DNA from: Collinsella sp.
GTDB taxonomy: Bacteria; Actinomycetota; Coriobacteriia; Coriobacteriales; Coriobacteriaceae
Length of the DNA: 64,000 nt
Reading direction: 5' to 3'
Assembly (NCBI GenBank): GCA_031292915.1
Contig: JAUMSH010000086.1
Span: forward strand, 16,450-80,449
Under the pieces are notes generated by a model. The model had not been told where the DNA came from, searched no databases, and worked only from the letters and a program-made list of their open reading frames with translations. Positions within the stretch are counted from its first letter, which is position 1, and the number at the start of each line of letters is the position of its first letter. A program made the position numbers and the translations under genes. Of the stretch, positions 44,742-52,885 are shown one piece after another.

Positions 44742-45782
44742 ATGAGAAGCCGGCTTTCCATGACATACGAAGAATCGGGGCGCGCCGCGCGGTGTCGCGT
44801 CGTGACGGCGCTGCTCGCTGTTGTCCTCATCGTGCTCGTCGGGGCCAACCTGTGCATCGGGAGCGTGCTCGTGCCCGCAGACCACATCCCCGGCATCCTT
44901 TCAGGCGGCGCGGCCAATTCCATGGAAAGCCAAGTCATCTGGGAGATTCGCCTGCCGCGCGTGCTTTCAGCCGTGCTTCTCGGCGGGGCACTTTCGCTCT
45001 CCGGATTCCTGCTGCAGACTTTTTTCAACAACCCCATCGCCGACCCGTTCATCTTGGGCGTCTCCTCGGGCGCAAAGTTCGTCGTCGCGCTTACGATGAT
45101 CGTGCTTCTGGGCACGAACCAGGCCATGTCCTCGCCGGCCATGGTGGCCGCAGCGTTTCTGGGATCGCTTATCACCATCGGCTTCGTGCTCCTCATCGCA
45201 CGGCGCATAAGTTCCATGGCCATGCTCATCGTGGCGGGCGTCATGGTGGGATACATCTGCTCGGCGGCGACGAACTTTCTCATCGCCTTCGCCGACGACC
45301 AGTCCATCGTGAACCTGCACAACTGGTCTTTGGGTAGCTTCTCGGGTTCGAGCTGGGACGACATCGCGGTCATCGCGGTCGTGGTGATCACCGTGAGCGC
45401 ATGCGTATTCGCGATATCGAAGCCCCTTTCCGCCTTCCAGCTGGGAGAAGCCTACGCGAAAAGCGTCGGCGTGAACGTCGCACGCTTCCGCGTGGTGCTC
45501 GTCCTTCTAGCGAGCATGCTCTCCGCCTGCGTGACCGCGTTCGCTGGTCCGGTGTCGTTCGTAGGCATCGCGGTTCCGCATCTCGTGAAGTCGGCGCTGA
45601 AGTCGTCGAAGCCCATCCGCGTGATTCCTGCGTGCTTCTTGGGAGGCGCCATCTTCTGCGCGGGCTGCGATTTGATCGCGCGCACGCTGTTCTCCCCCGT
45701 CGAGCTTTCCATCAGCGCCGTCACCGCCATCTTCGGCGCGCCGGTGGTTATCGCGCTCATGCTGAAGAAGCGGGTGAGGTAG
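44742..45782 (+). CDS. FecCD/BtuC-family ABC permease
   Basis: About ten hydrophobic segments, with IRLPRVLSAVLLGGALSLSG and VSFVGIAVPH motifs typical of FecCD. Confidence 0.92.
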   Translation: MRSRLSMTYEESGRAARCRVVTALLAVVLIVLVGANLCIGSVLVPADHIPGILSGGAANSMESQVIWEIRLPRVLSAVLLGGALSLSGFLLQTFFNNPIADPFILGVSSGAKFVVALTMIVLLGTNQAMSSPAMVAAAFLGSLITIGFVLLIARRISSMAMLIVAGVMVGYICSAATNFLIAFADDQSIVNLHNWSLGSFSGSSWDDIAVIAVVVITVSACVFAISKPLSAFQLGEAYAKSVGVNVARFRVVLVLLASMLSACVTAFAGPVSFVGIAVPHLVKSALKSSKPIRVIPACFLGGAIFCAGCDLIARTLFSPVELSISAVTAIFGAPVVIALMLKKRVR

Positions 45783-46997
45783 ATGGAGAAATTCGTGCCG
45801 CGGCCCAAAACGCTCAGAGGGGAGTCGAACCTCGAAACCCCGGTCGAAACGCAGGCTGACGGAGCGCCGCTTTTCCGCATAAGCGACCTGTCGGCGGGCT
45901 ACGACAAGAAGGTCGTAGTCGAAGGCGTCGATCTGGAGGTTCGCGCGGGCGACGTCGTGGCGCTCATCGGGCCGAACGGCTCGGGCAAGTCGACCATCTT
46001 GAAAACCATCACACGCCATCTGGCACCGCTTGCCGGCGCGGTCGAGCTCGACGGGCGAGAGATTTCCCGATGGAAGACGGCGGAGTTCGCAAGGAACCTT
46101 GCCGTTATGCTGACAGATCGCCCCCGGACCGAGCTCCTCACCTGCCGCGATATCGTAGAGGCGGGAAGGCATCCCTACACCGGGCGAATGGGCACACTCA
46201 CGCCCGATGACCATAATCGGGTCGACGAGGCCATGAAAACCGCACATGTGGAAGGGCTCGCCGAGCGCGACTTCATGCAGATAAGCGACGGGCAACGCCA
46301 GCGCGTCATGCTCGCACGCGCCATCGCGCAGGATCCGCGTGTGCTCGTGCTCGATGAGCCCACGTCGTATCTCGATATCCGCTACCAGATCGACCTGCTG
46401 CGAATACTTCGCCACCTTGCGAAATCGCGGAATGTTGCTGTCATCATGTCCATCCACGAACTCGAGCTCGCGCAGAAAAGCGCCGACAAGGTGATTTGCG
46501 TGAAGGACGGCCGGGTCTTCCGCGCCGGCGCACCCGAGGACATATTCACGCGCGAGACGATTGGCGAGCTCTACGGCCTTCAACATGGCACCTTCAACGA
46601 GCGCTTCGGCAGCGTGGAAATTGGGCGCCCACACGGCGATGCACACACATTCGTCATCGCCGGCGCAGGTACGGGGTCGGCTGTGTTTCGCCAGCTCATC
46701 CGGCAGGGCAAGGCGTTCTACGCGGGCGTTCTGCACGAAGGGGACATCGACTGCGAGCTCGCGCGCGACCTGGCGACGGAATGCGTGGCCGAGCGCGCCT
46801 TCGAGCCGATCGGGGATAAAACCATAGCCCGCGCCAAAGAGCTCCTCGTCCACTGCGCGAGCCTTATCGTGTGCCCCGCCGCCTTCGGCACCATAAACGC
46901 CCGCAACGCAGAGCTCGTCGAGTTTGCACGATCGCATGGTATCGAGGTCATGCAAGCGTGCGAAGGCGCATCGGAGGATTCCAATGGATACGCCTAG
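45783..46997 (+). CDS. ABC ATP-binding protein (FecE/BtuD-type) with ~135-aa C-terminal extension
   Basis: GPNGSGKST, ISDGQRQRVMLARA and VLVLDEPTSYLD, followed by the extra domain HTFVIAGAGTGSAVFRQLIRQG... Confidence 0.9.
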   Translation: MEKFVPRPKTLRGESNLETPVETQADGAPLFRISDLSAGYDKKVVVEGVDLEVRAGDVVALIGPNGSGKSTILKTITRHLAPLAGAVELDGREISRWKTAEFARNLAVMLTDRPRTELLTCRDIVEAGRHPYTGRMGTLTPDDHNRVDEAMKTAHVEGLAERDFMQISDGQRQRVMLARAIAQDPRVLVLDEPTSYLDIRYQIDLLRILRHLAKSRNVAVIMSIHELELAQKSADKVICVKDGRVFRAGAPEDIFTRETIGELYGLQHGTFNERFGSVEIGRPHGDAHTFVIAGAGTGSAVFRQLIRQGKAFYAGVLHEGDIDCELARDLATECVAERAFEPIGDKTIARAKELLVHCASLIVCPAAFGTINARNAELVEFARSHGIEVMQACEGASEDSNGYA

Positions 46998-47034
46998 GCG
47001 CGATCCAAGAAATCGTCCGCATCCCCATCTGACA

Positions 47035-47051
47035 CTATTTCACCGCAACTT
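47035..47051. repeat. half copy (right arm only) of the 68-bp-class repeat
   Basis: CTATTTCACCGCAACTT. No matching left arm is visible upstream. Confidence 0.7.
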
Positions 47052-47081
47052 AGAGAGCGTCCGCTATAACGCTTCACCCCA

Positions 47082-47126
47082 AATCAAATTGATTCGTTGA
47101 ATAGACACATTGCAAATCTTTATACT
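47082..47126 (+). promoter_or_regulatory. candidate operator palindrome plus promoter upstream of the radical-SAM gene
   Basis: AATCAA-A-TTGATT (47082-47094) is directly followed by TTGAAT (47097-47102), 18 nt, then TATACT (47121-47126). Confidence 0.35.
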
Positions 47127-47184
47127 TCGTTTAATCCACAAGTGGGTATTATCACACACAAGGCACACGTGAAAGGATATGCCC

Positions 47185-48618
47185 ATGTCGCTTACACAGT
47201 CAGCAGAGCGTGCAGCGCTCAACAAGCTCATCGATTATCTCGACGACAACCCGCAAGAAAACATCGACAAAATCATGGACCTCGTGAACAAGCTGGTCCC
47301 CAATCGCGTATTTCCTGTACAGCGAGAGGCATTCACCAATGTCATCAAGAGCCGCGGCAATTGGTATGACCTGATCATGCGTGTGTTCAGCCTTAATCCC
47401 CAGATGCGAACCAAGCTGCTTAAGACCCTCATTGTCGACGCCAACCTGCTTGCTTGGCCAGAGCAGGAAAAGAACCGCGAAAAGTACCAGTGCAACGTTC
47501 CGTGGGCCATCCTGCTCGATCCCACGAGCGCCTGCAACCTGCATTGCACGGGCTGCTGGGCCGCTGAGTACGGCTACAAGCAGAATCTCTCGTTCGAAGA
47601 CATCGACTCTATCGTTACGCAGGGCAAAGAGCTCGGTACGCATATCTACATCTATACCGGCGGCGAGCCGCTCGTCCGCAAGCAGGACCTAATCAGAATT
47701 TGCGAAAAACATCAGGACTGCGCGTTTCTCTGCTTTACCAACTCCACGCTGATCGACGAGGCCTTCTGCGACGACATGATTCGCGTAGGTAATTTTGTCC
47801 CCGCCATCAGCGCCGAGGGCAATGAGCACACAACCGACGCCCGTCGCGGCGAAGGTACCTACGCAAAGATCGAGCACGCCATGAAACTCCTGCGCGAGCG
47901 CGACTTACCGTTTGGTATCTCCACCTGTTGGACAAGCGCCAATGCCGATACGGTTGCTACCGAGGAGAACATGGACTGGATGATCGGCGAGGGAGCACTC
48001 TTCTGCTGGTACTTCCACTTTATGCCGGTTGGCCGCAACGCAACCCCCGAGCTCATGCCCACGCCCGAGCAGCGCGAGCACATGTATCACTTTATCCGCA
48101 AAATGCGCGAGAAGAAGCCGCTGTTTACGCTCGACTTTCAAAACGACGGCGAGTTTGTAGGCGGGTGTATCGCCGGAGGTCGCCGCTACCTGCACATCAA
48201 CGCCGCCGGAGACGTGGAGCCGTGCGTGTTCATCCACTACTCAAACGCCAACATCCACGATGTGAGCTTACTCGACGCGCTGCGCTCTCCCCTCTTTATG
48301 AAGTACTACGAAAACATGCCGTTCAACGACAACTACCTCAAACCATGCCCCATGCTCGAGAATCCAGACGTGCTGCCCAAAATGGTTGCCGAGAGTGGCG
48401 CAATGAGCACCGATCTTATCGAGAAGGAGTCACTCGAGCAGCTGCGCGAAAAGACCCAGGCTGCCGCCGAGGCATGGTCACCTGTCGCCGACCGCATCTG
48501 GAACGACTCCGACGAGCCGCTATACGCCAAGCGTCACGAGGATAAGTCACAGGGTATGGCCGATAGCGACATGCACAAGTTCGAAAAGCAGGGCCGCACG
48601 CTCAAAAACGGCGATTAA
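47185..48618 (+). CDS. radical SAM protein of unknown function
   Basis: TSACNLHCTGCWAAEY carries the CX3CX2C motif, with YTGGEPL. The C-terminal Cys-containing region is GGCIAGGRRYLHINAAGDVEPCVF..KPCPMLENP. GAAAGGA lies 7 nt before the ATG at 47185; 47179 is an alternative start. Confidence 0.85.
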   Translation: MSLTQSAERAALNKLIDYLDDNPQENIDKIMDLVNKLVPNRVFPVQREAFTNVIKSRGNWYDLIMRVFSLNPQMRTKLLKTLIVDANLLAWPEQEKNREKYQCNVPWAILLDPTSACNLHCTGCWAAEYGYKQNLSFEDIDSIVTQGKELGTHIYIYTGGEPLVRKQDLIRICEKHQDCAFLCFTNSTLIDEAFCDDMIRVGNFVPAISAEGNEHTTDARRGEGTYAKIEHAMKLLRERDLPFGISTCWTSANADTVATEENMDWMIGEGALFCWYFHFMPVGRNATPELMPTPEQREHMYHFIRKMREKKPLFTLDFQNDGEFVGGCIAGGRRYLHINAAGDVEPCVFIHYSNANIHDVSLLDALRSPLFMKYYENMPFNDNYLKPCPMLENPDVLPKMVAESGAMSTDLIEKESLEQLREKTQAAAEAWSPVADRIWNDSDEPLYAKRHEDKSQGMADSDMHKFEKQGRTLKNGD

Positions 48619-48651
48619 TGCTGTTCTACACGGCAAACGCTCAGAAATGAA

Positions 48652-48690
48652 GCGGAGCAGTCTCGAGGCTCATCTTCGAGGCTGCTCCGC
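48652..48690 (+). terminator. hairpin after radical-SAM gene
   Basis: GCGGAGCAG pairs with CTGCTCCGC around a 21-nt loop. There is no clear T-run. Confidence 0.4.
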
Positions 48691-48713
48691 CTTACCATCA
48701 AAACAGTTTTACT

Positions 48714-48782
48714 AAGTTGCGGTGAAATAGGGACCAGAACGGCCTTCCAATAACCAAAACAATCCCTATTCCACCGCAACTT
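48714..48782. repeat. 68-bp-class palindromic intergenic repeat, copy 5
   Basis: AAGTTGCGGTGAAATAGGGACC ... TCCCTATTCCACCGCAACTT, between the convergent radical-SAM and tetR genes. Confidence 0.9.
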
Positions 48783-48806
48783 CTATAAGTTATTGAATTA
48801 TCGATG

Positions 48807-49418
48807 CTATTCGAAGCGAGATTCCAGACTCGACAGACCGTTGAGAGTCAGGTCGTTGGCGACCTCAGAGACGCGCTCGATAGGAACCGAGCCGTCAGAC
48901 AGCGCCCACGTGCGATAGATACCGATAATACCCGACAGCAAAAACGCCAGATAGTAGTCGAACATCTCGTCCTTGAGACCTTGGGGCAGCAGATCGCGTT
49001 CGGCAATCTCGTGCTCGAGCGGCGCACGAAGACGAGCCATAAAATCATCGAGCGGAATGTTCTCGATCAGCTGACGATTGAGCACCAAGTTGTTGCACAG
49101 TGCCTCGTTAACGGTTTTAAAGAAGGTCGCCGCCGCGCCAAGAGCGCGCTCGTTGGTGTCGCCGTCCATTGAAGCAAGCGTTTTCTCGACCGAGTCGACA
49201 ATCATCTCCACCACATCGACGGCAATGGCATCGAGCAGGCCATCAACCGTACCAAAGTGAACGTAAAAGGTCTTGCGGTCGACATTGGCCTCGCGCGCGA
49301 TAGCACTCACCGTAATGTCTGCCAGCGGCTTTTCCATGAGCAGGCGCTCGAAAGCGGAAAGGATGGCATTACGGCTGCGAACGATGCGACGATCAAAACG
49401 CGGTTTGTTGGTTGCCAT
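48807..49418 (-). CDS. TetR/AcrR-family transcriptional regulator
   Basis: The N-terminal HTH is RNAILSAFERLLMEKPLADITVSAIAREANVDRKTFYVHF. The ATG at 49418 follows AAGGGA; 49445 is an alternative start. Confidence 0.9.
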   Translation of the reverse strand: MATNKPRFDRRIVRSRNAILSAFERLLMEKPLADITVSAIAREANVDRKTFYVHFGTVDGLLDAIAVDVVEMIVDSVEKTLASMDGDTNERALGAAATFFKTVNEALCNNLVLNRQLIENIPLDDFMARLRAPLEHEIAERDLLPQGLKDEMFDYYLAFLLSGIIGIYRTWALSDGSVPIERVSEVANDLTLNGLSSLESRFE

Positions 49419-49534
49419 GGGCGTGTCCCTTCGATATGCGAGCATTCATCAACAGATGAGAGATAATCTACGTAAGAGGATTATCCCCCATACAGCACAA
49501 ATATGACCCGCATCATGAAGAACGCACGACTGCC

Positions 49535-50842
49535 CTACTGCGACTTAGGATGCTTCTTCTTATTGAGTGCCGACGGAGATACGCGAATACCATCGCCTGT
49601 CTGGCGCACATAGGCTTTATGAGCCGGCTTAGCGGTCCCAGAAGCCTTCTGAGCCTGCTTCTTGGGATCAACGGTAACAGCATTCGTGGGGTGGGGCTTT
49701 GTGGGCGCAGAGGGCGTTTGAGGCGTGCGACCGAGCTTGCGCATCACGCGATCCCAGCGCGCATGGATGCTCTCGTTGTGGGCACTCTTAAGGCCCAGCA
49801 GGGGCGCAGCCAAAATGGTCGGCGCAATAAACGTAATGAGGCGCCACAGCAGATAGCCGGCGGTCGAAGCCGACCCAAAGAAATGACCCAAGAACAATGC
49901 AAAGCCGCCCTCAGCGCCACCAGTTCCACCGGGCAGGGGGACCGCAGAGCTCAACAGCTGTACAAAGGCGCTCGCGGCCATGACCGAGAAAAAGTCGACC
50001 TCGTGGTGGCCAAAGGCAAGCATCAGGAAATACGGCACGAGGTAGAAAAACGCGAGCTGTAGCATGGTGATGACCACAGTGAGCAGCATGGACGAAAAGT
50101 GGCCAGCCGAAAGCTTGAACTTCTCGGAGAACGAGTAGATCTCGCCATCGACAAACGTGCGCCATCCCTCGATCTTAGTGGACGAGACGCCTATGCGCTC
50201 GAGCCAATTAATGATGCAATGGGCGACGCGCGTGACGGTCTTAGGCATGAGCGCGACGGCGAAGATGCCAAGCAAGATGCAGCAGTGCCCACCAAAGCTA
50301 AAGACACACAGCAGCGTCATGTCGCCATAGCGCTCGGCAAAAAACGGCATGCGAGCAAGCAGGAGGATAGCGCCCCAGGCAACGAGGCCAAACTGGTACA
50401 CGATAAAGCGCGTGAACTGCGTGGCTCCGGCCTCGCCGACATTTTGGCCCGCTTTGGTCAGGCGGTAGATCTGGGCGGGAGTCGAGCCCATCATCATAGG
50501 CGTCAAGTTGCCAAAGAAGATGCCACTCGCCTCGACCGAAATGAGGTCGCGAATACCGACGGGCGAATATGGGTCGAGCCAGACGGCGATCGCATAGGCC
50601 ACAATGCCAAAGAACAGATACATGAACATGCAAAGACACGCGACAACGAGCCATGGCGCCTGGACGCTCGACATAGCGGCCCAGAACTGCCCCATCTGCC
50701 CGGTAACCACCAGATAGACGATATAACCCACCAGCACGACGCCGATAAAGATGGCGCCACGGCGTGCGCTCTTATTGTCATCGCCGCCCGAGGCCTCAAC
50801 CTCGACCTGGGGCTTAGACGTATGCTGAGAGGACTCCGTCAT
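49535..50842 (-). CDS. LPG-synthase-TM / flippase-like (UPF0104, MprF N-domain-like) membrane protein
   Basis: Eight or more TM segments and the PLPGGTGGAEGGF motif. The C-terminal tail is basic. The ATG at 50842 follows AAGGAG; the track start is a TTG. Confidence 0.8.
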   Translation of the reverse strand: MTESSQHTSKPQVEVEASGGDDNKSARRGAIFIGVVLVGYIVYLVVTGQMGQFWAAMSSVQAPWLVVACLCMFMYLFFGIVAYAIAVWLDPYSPVGIRDLISVEASGIFFGNLTPMMMGSTPAQIYRLTKAGQNVGEAGATQFTRFIVYQFGLVAWGAILLLARMPFFAERYGDMTLLCVFSFGGHCCILLGIFAVALMPKTVTRVAHCIINWLERIGVSSTKIEGWRTFVDGEIYSFSEKFKLSAGHFSSMLLTVVITMLQLAFFYLVPYFLMLAFGHHEVDFFSVMAASAFVQLLSSAVPLPGGTGGAEGGFALFLGHFFGSASTAGYLLWRLITFIAPTILAAPLLGLKSAHNESIHARWDRVMRKLGRTPQTPSAPTKPHPTNAVTVDPKKQAQKASGTAKPAHKAYVRQTGDGIRVSPSALNKKKHPKSQ

Positions 50843-50950
50843 GAGACTCCTTCTAACAGTCAAAATATTTTGGATATTGTACCCGTAAGGGCCATAGGCA
50901 GAACGAAAAGCTCTGGTTCAAACGGGAATTGCAGACGGTTGTTTGATAAT

Positions 50951-50981
50951 AAAAAACCCGGCCTTCCATGGGAAGTCCGGG
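50951..50981 (-). terminator. rho-independent terminator after the tRNA-Glu pair
   Basis: The minus strand reads CCCGGACTTCC-CAT-GGAAGGCCGGG followed by TTTTTT. Confidence 0.8.
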
Positions 50982-50992
50982 TATCAGATGCG

Positions 50993-51069
50993 TGGTAGCC
51001 CGTACCAGATTCGAACTGGTGATCTCCGCCTTGAGAGGGCGGCGTCCTAAACCGCTAGACGAACGGGCC
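50993..51069 (-). tRNA. tRNA-Glu (anticodon CUC), CCA encoded
   Basis: The minus strand reads GGCCCGT TC GTCT AGCGGTTTA GGAC G CCGCC CTCTCAA GGCGG AGATC ACCAG TTCGAAT CTGGT ACGGGCT A CCA. This folds as a full cloverleaf with anticodon CTC. Confidence 0.92.
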
Positions 51070-51091
51070 ATAAGCCTCAGCAAAAAAGAAG

Positions 51092-51168
51092 TGGTAGCCC
51101 GTACCAGATTCGAACTGGTGATCTCCGCCTTGAGAGGGCGGCGTCCTAAACCGCTAGACGAACGGGCC
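51092..51168 (-). tRNA. tRNA-Glu (anticodon CUC), identical second copy
   Basis: Its 77 nt are identical to 50993-51069, with a 22-nt spacer between the copies. Confidence 0.92.
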
Positions 51169-51202
51169 ACATGACATCTGCACTGCCGTGCTGCGAGGAA
51201 AT

Positions 51203-51231
51203 ATATTACGGGACAAAAAACGTCAGCGCAA
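51203..51231 (-). promoter_or_regulatory. sigma70-type promoter for the tRNA-Glu pair
   Basis: The minus strand reads TTGCGC (51231-51226), 17 nt, then TAATAT (51208-51203), ~30 nt upstream of the first tRNA. Confidence 0.6.
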
Positions 51232-51295
51232 GAAGAAATTCCAAATTGCCGAAAAATTGTCGGCAGGTTATGGAACACGCAGGTAAACTGGGTAG

Positions 51296-52690
51296 CTAAT
51301 TCAAGTTGAGATGGACCAAAAGAGCTTCGCGATCGTTGGGAATGTTGTCTTCGATCACGGCGTCGAGGGCGGCGTTGAGAAGCTGACCCAGTTCCGGCCC
51401 GGGCTTGACTCCGGCACGGATCAGGTCGCCGCCGTTGATGGCGAGCATCTTGAGCATATAGGGCTCCCCTGCCTTCAGCAGCTCGTGCGCCATCGCGCGC
51501 ATCTCCTCAATCGTCTCAACGTAATAGAAGCACGACGGGGCCTTGCCGAGCGTGTCAGCACGCTTAAGGTCCATGAGCTCGTCAATCAGACGGGCCGTGT
51601 CGACGCCCTCGCCAGAAAGCGCACACATCATATTGAGCAGGCAGGATCGCTCGGGACGCAGCGGTTTGTCGTGATATTTGATGAGCAGGCACACGTCGCG
51701 CACCAGGTCGTGCGAGAGAGCCAGGCGATCCATAATGACGCGCGCTTTCTTGGCGCCGAGCTCGGGATGACCGTAGAAGTGTCCGCTGCCGGCGTGATCG
51801 ACCGTAAAGCACTCGGGCTTGGAGACATCGTGCAAAAACGCCGCCCACATAAGGCTCGACGATGGCGCGACGCCGTCGCACAGCGCCAGCTCCCCTGCCA
51901 CTGTCAGCACACGGGCGATATGCTCGTAGACGTTAAACGCATGGTAGACACTTCGCTGATCAAACCCGCGACCCGCTGCCAACTCGGGCACAGCGGCACA
52001 GATGAGCTCGGGATAGCGAAGCATCGCGTCTCCCCCATGACCGGTCGAAAGAATGCCCTCGAGCTCAATACCCACACGCTCGCGCGCCACGGCATCGAGC
52101 AGCGGCGCGCACTCGGCAAGCGCACGCTTAGTCTCGGGCTCAATCATAAAGTCCAGGCGGCAGGCAAAGCGCACCGCGCGCAGCATGCGCAGGGCGTCCT
52201 CGTTAAAGCGACGCTTGGGATCGCCGACAGCGCGAATCAGCTTGCGCCCCAAGTCACCCTGGCCGTCGTAGCGGTCGACAAGCCCGCGCTCGGGATGCCA
52301 GGCCATGGCGTTGACGGTAAAGTCGCGGCGCGCCAGATCGTCCTCGAGCGAGGCGGCACGCTCCACACTCTGGGGATGGCGCCCATCGGTATAGAAGCCA
52401 TCCAGACGGTACGTGGTGACCTCGATACGCTCGCCATCGGAAATAGCCGTGATTCCGCCAAATTTAATGCCCGACTCCACGACCGCGATATCAGCGGCCT
52501 CGAGCGCCGCCTTGGACTCCTGCCACAGGCCACTACAGCACATATCAACATCGTGGCTGGGGCACCCCATCAGGGCGTCGCGCACCCAACCGCCCACGTA
52601 CCAAGCCTCAAGACCAGCCGCCTCAAGCGCGCGCAGGACGCGTAGGGACGCATCGGACGGTTGCGTACCGTTGAGCGAAACATTGCACAT
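51296..52690 (-). CDS. cca: CCA-adding tRNA nucleotidyltransferase (PolyA_pol head + HD domain)
   Basis: WYVGGWVRDALMG..HDVDM, RRDFTVNAMA, EDALRMLRAVRF and the HD region FLHDVSKP. AGGAGG lies 8 nt before the ATG at 52690. Confidence 0.9.
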   Translation of the reverse strand: MCNVSLNGTQPSDASLRVLRALEAAGLEAWYVGGWVRDALMGCPSHDVDMCCSGLWQESKAALEAADIAVVESGIKFGGITAISDGERIEVTTYRLDGFYTDGRHPQSVERAASLEDDLARRDFTVNAMAWHPERGLVDRYDGQGDLGRKLIRAVGDPKRRFNEDALRMLRAVRFACRLDFMIEPETKRALAECAPLLDAVARERVGIELEGILSTGHGGDAMLRYPELICAAVPELAAGRGFDQRSVYHAFNVYEHIARVLTVAGELALCDGVAPSSSLMWAAFLHDVSKPECFTVDHAGSGHFYGHPELGAKKARVIMDRLALSHDLVRDVCLLIKYHDKPLRPERSCLLNMMCALSGEGVDTARLIDELMDLKRADTLGKAPSCFYYVETIEEMRAMAHELLKAGEPYMLKMLAINGGDLIRAGVKPGPELGQLLNAALDAVIEDNIPNDREALLVHLNLN

Positions 52691-52825
52691 GCCTATGGCC
52701 TCCTGCACTTGTGAGCGTTAATCGATGGTTCTCAAGAAGTCTAACAAGAAACGAGAAAGCGCGCACACGCAATCGCGTCGTTGATTAGATAAAACGAGAC
52801 AGCAGACACCACATATGTTCAGCGC

Positions 52826-52863
52826 GCAAAAAACACCCGCCTTGGTAATCCAAAGCGGGTGTT
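52826..52863 (-). terminator. rho-independent terminator after pfkB copy 1
   Basis: The minus strand reads AACACCCGC, a 14-nt loop, then GCGGGTGTT followed by TTTTTG. Confidence 0.8.
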
Positions 52864-52885
52864 CGACAACGATGTATCGATGCGG

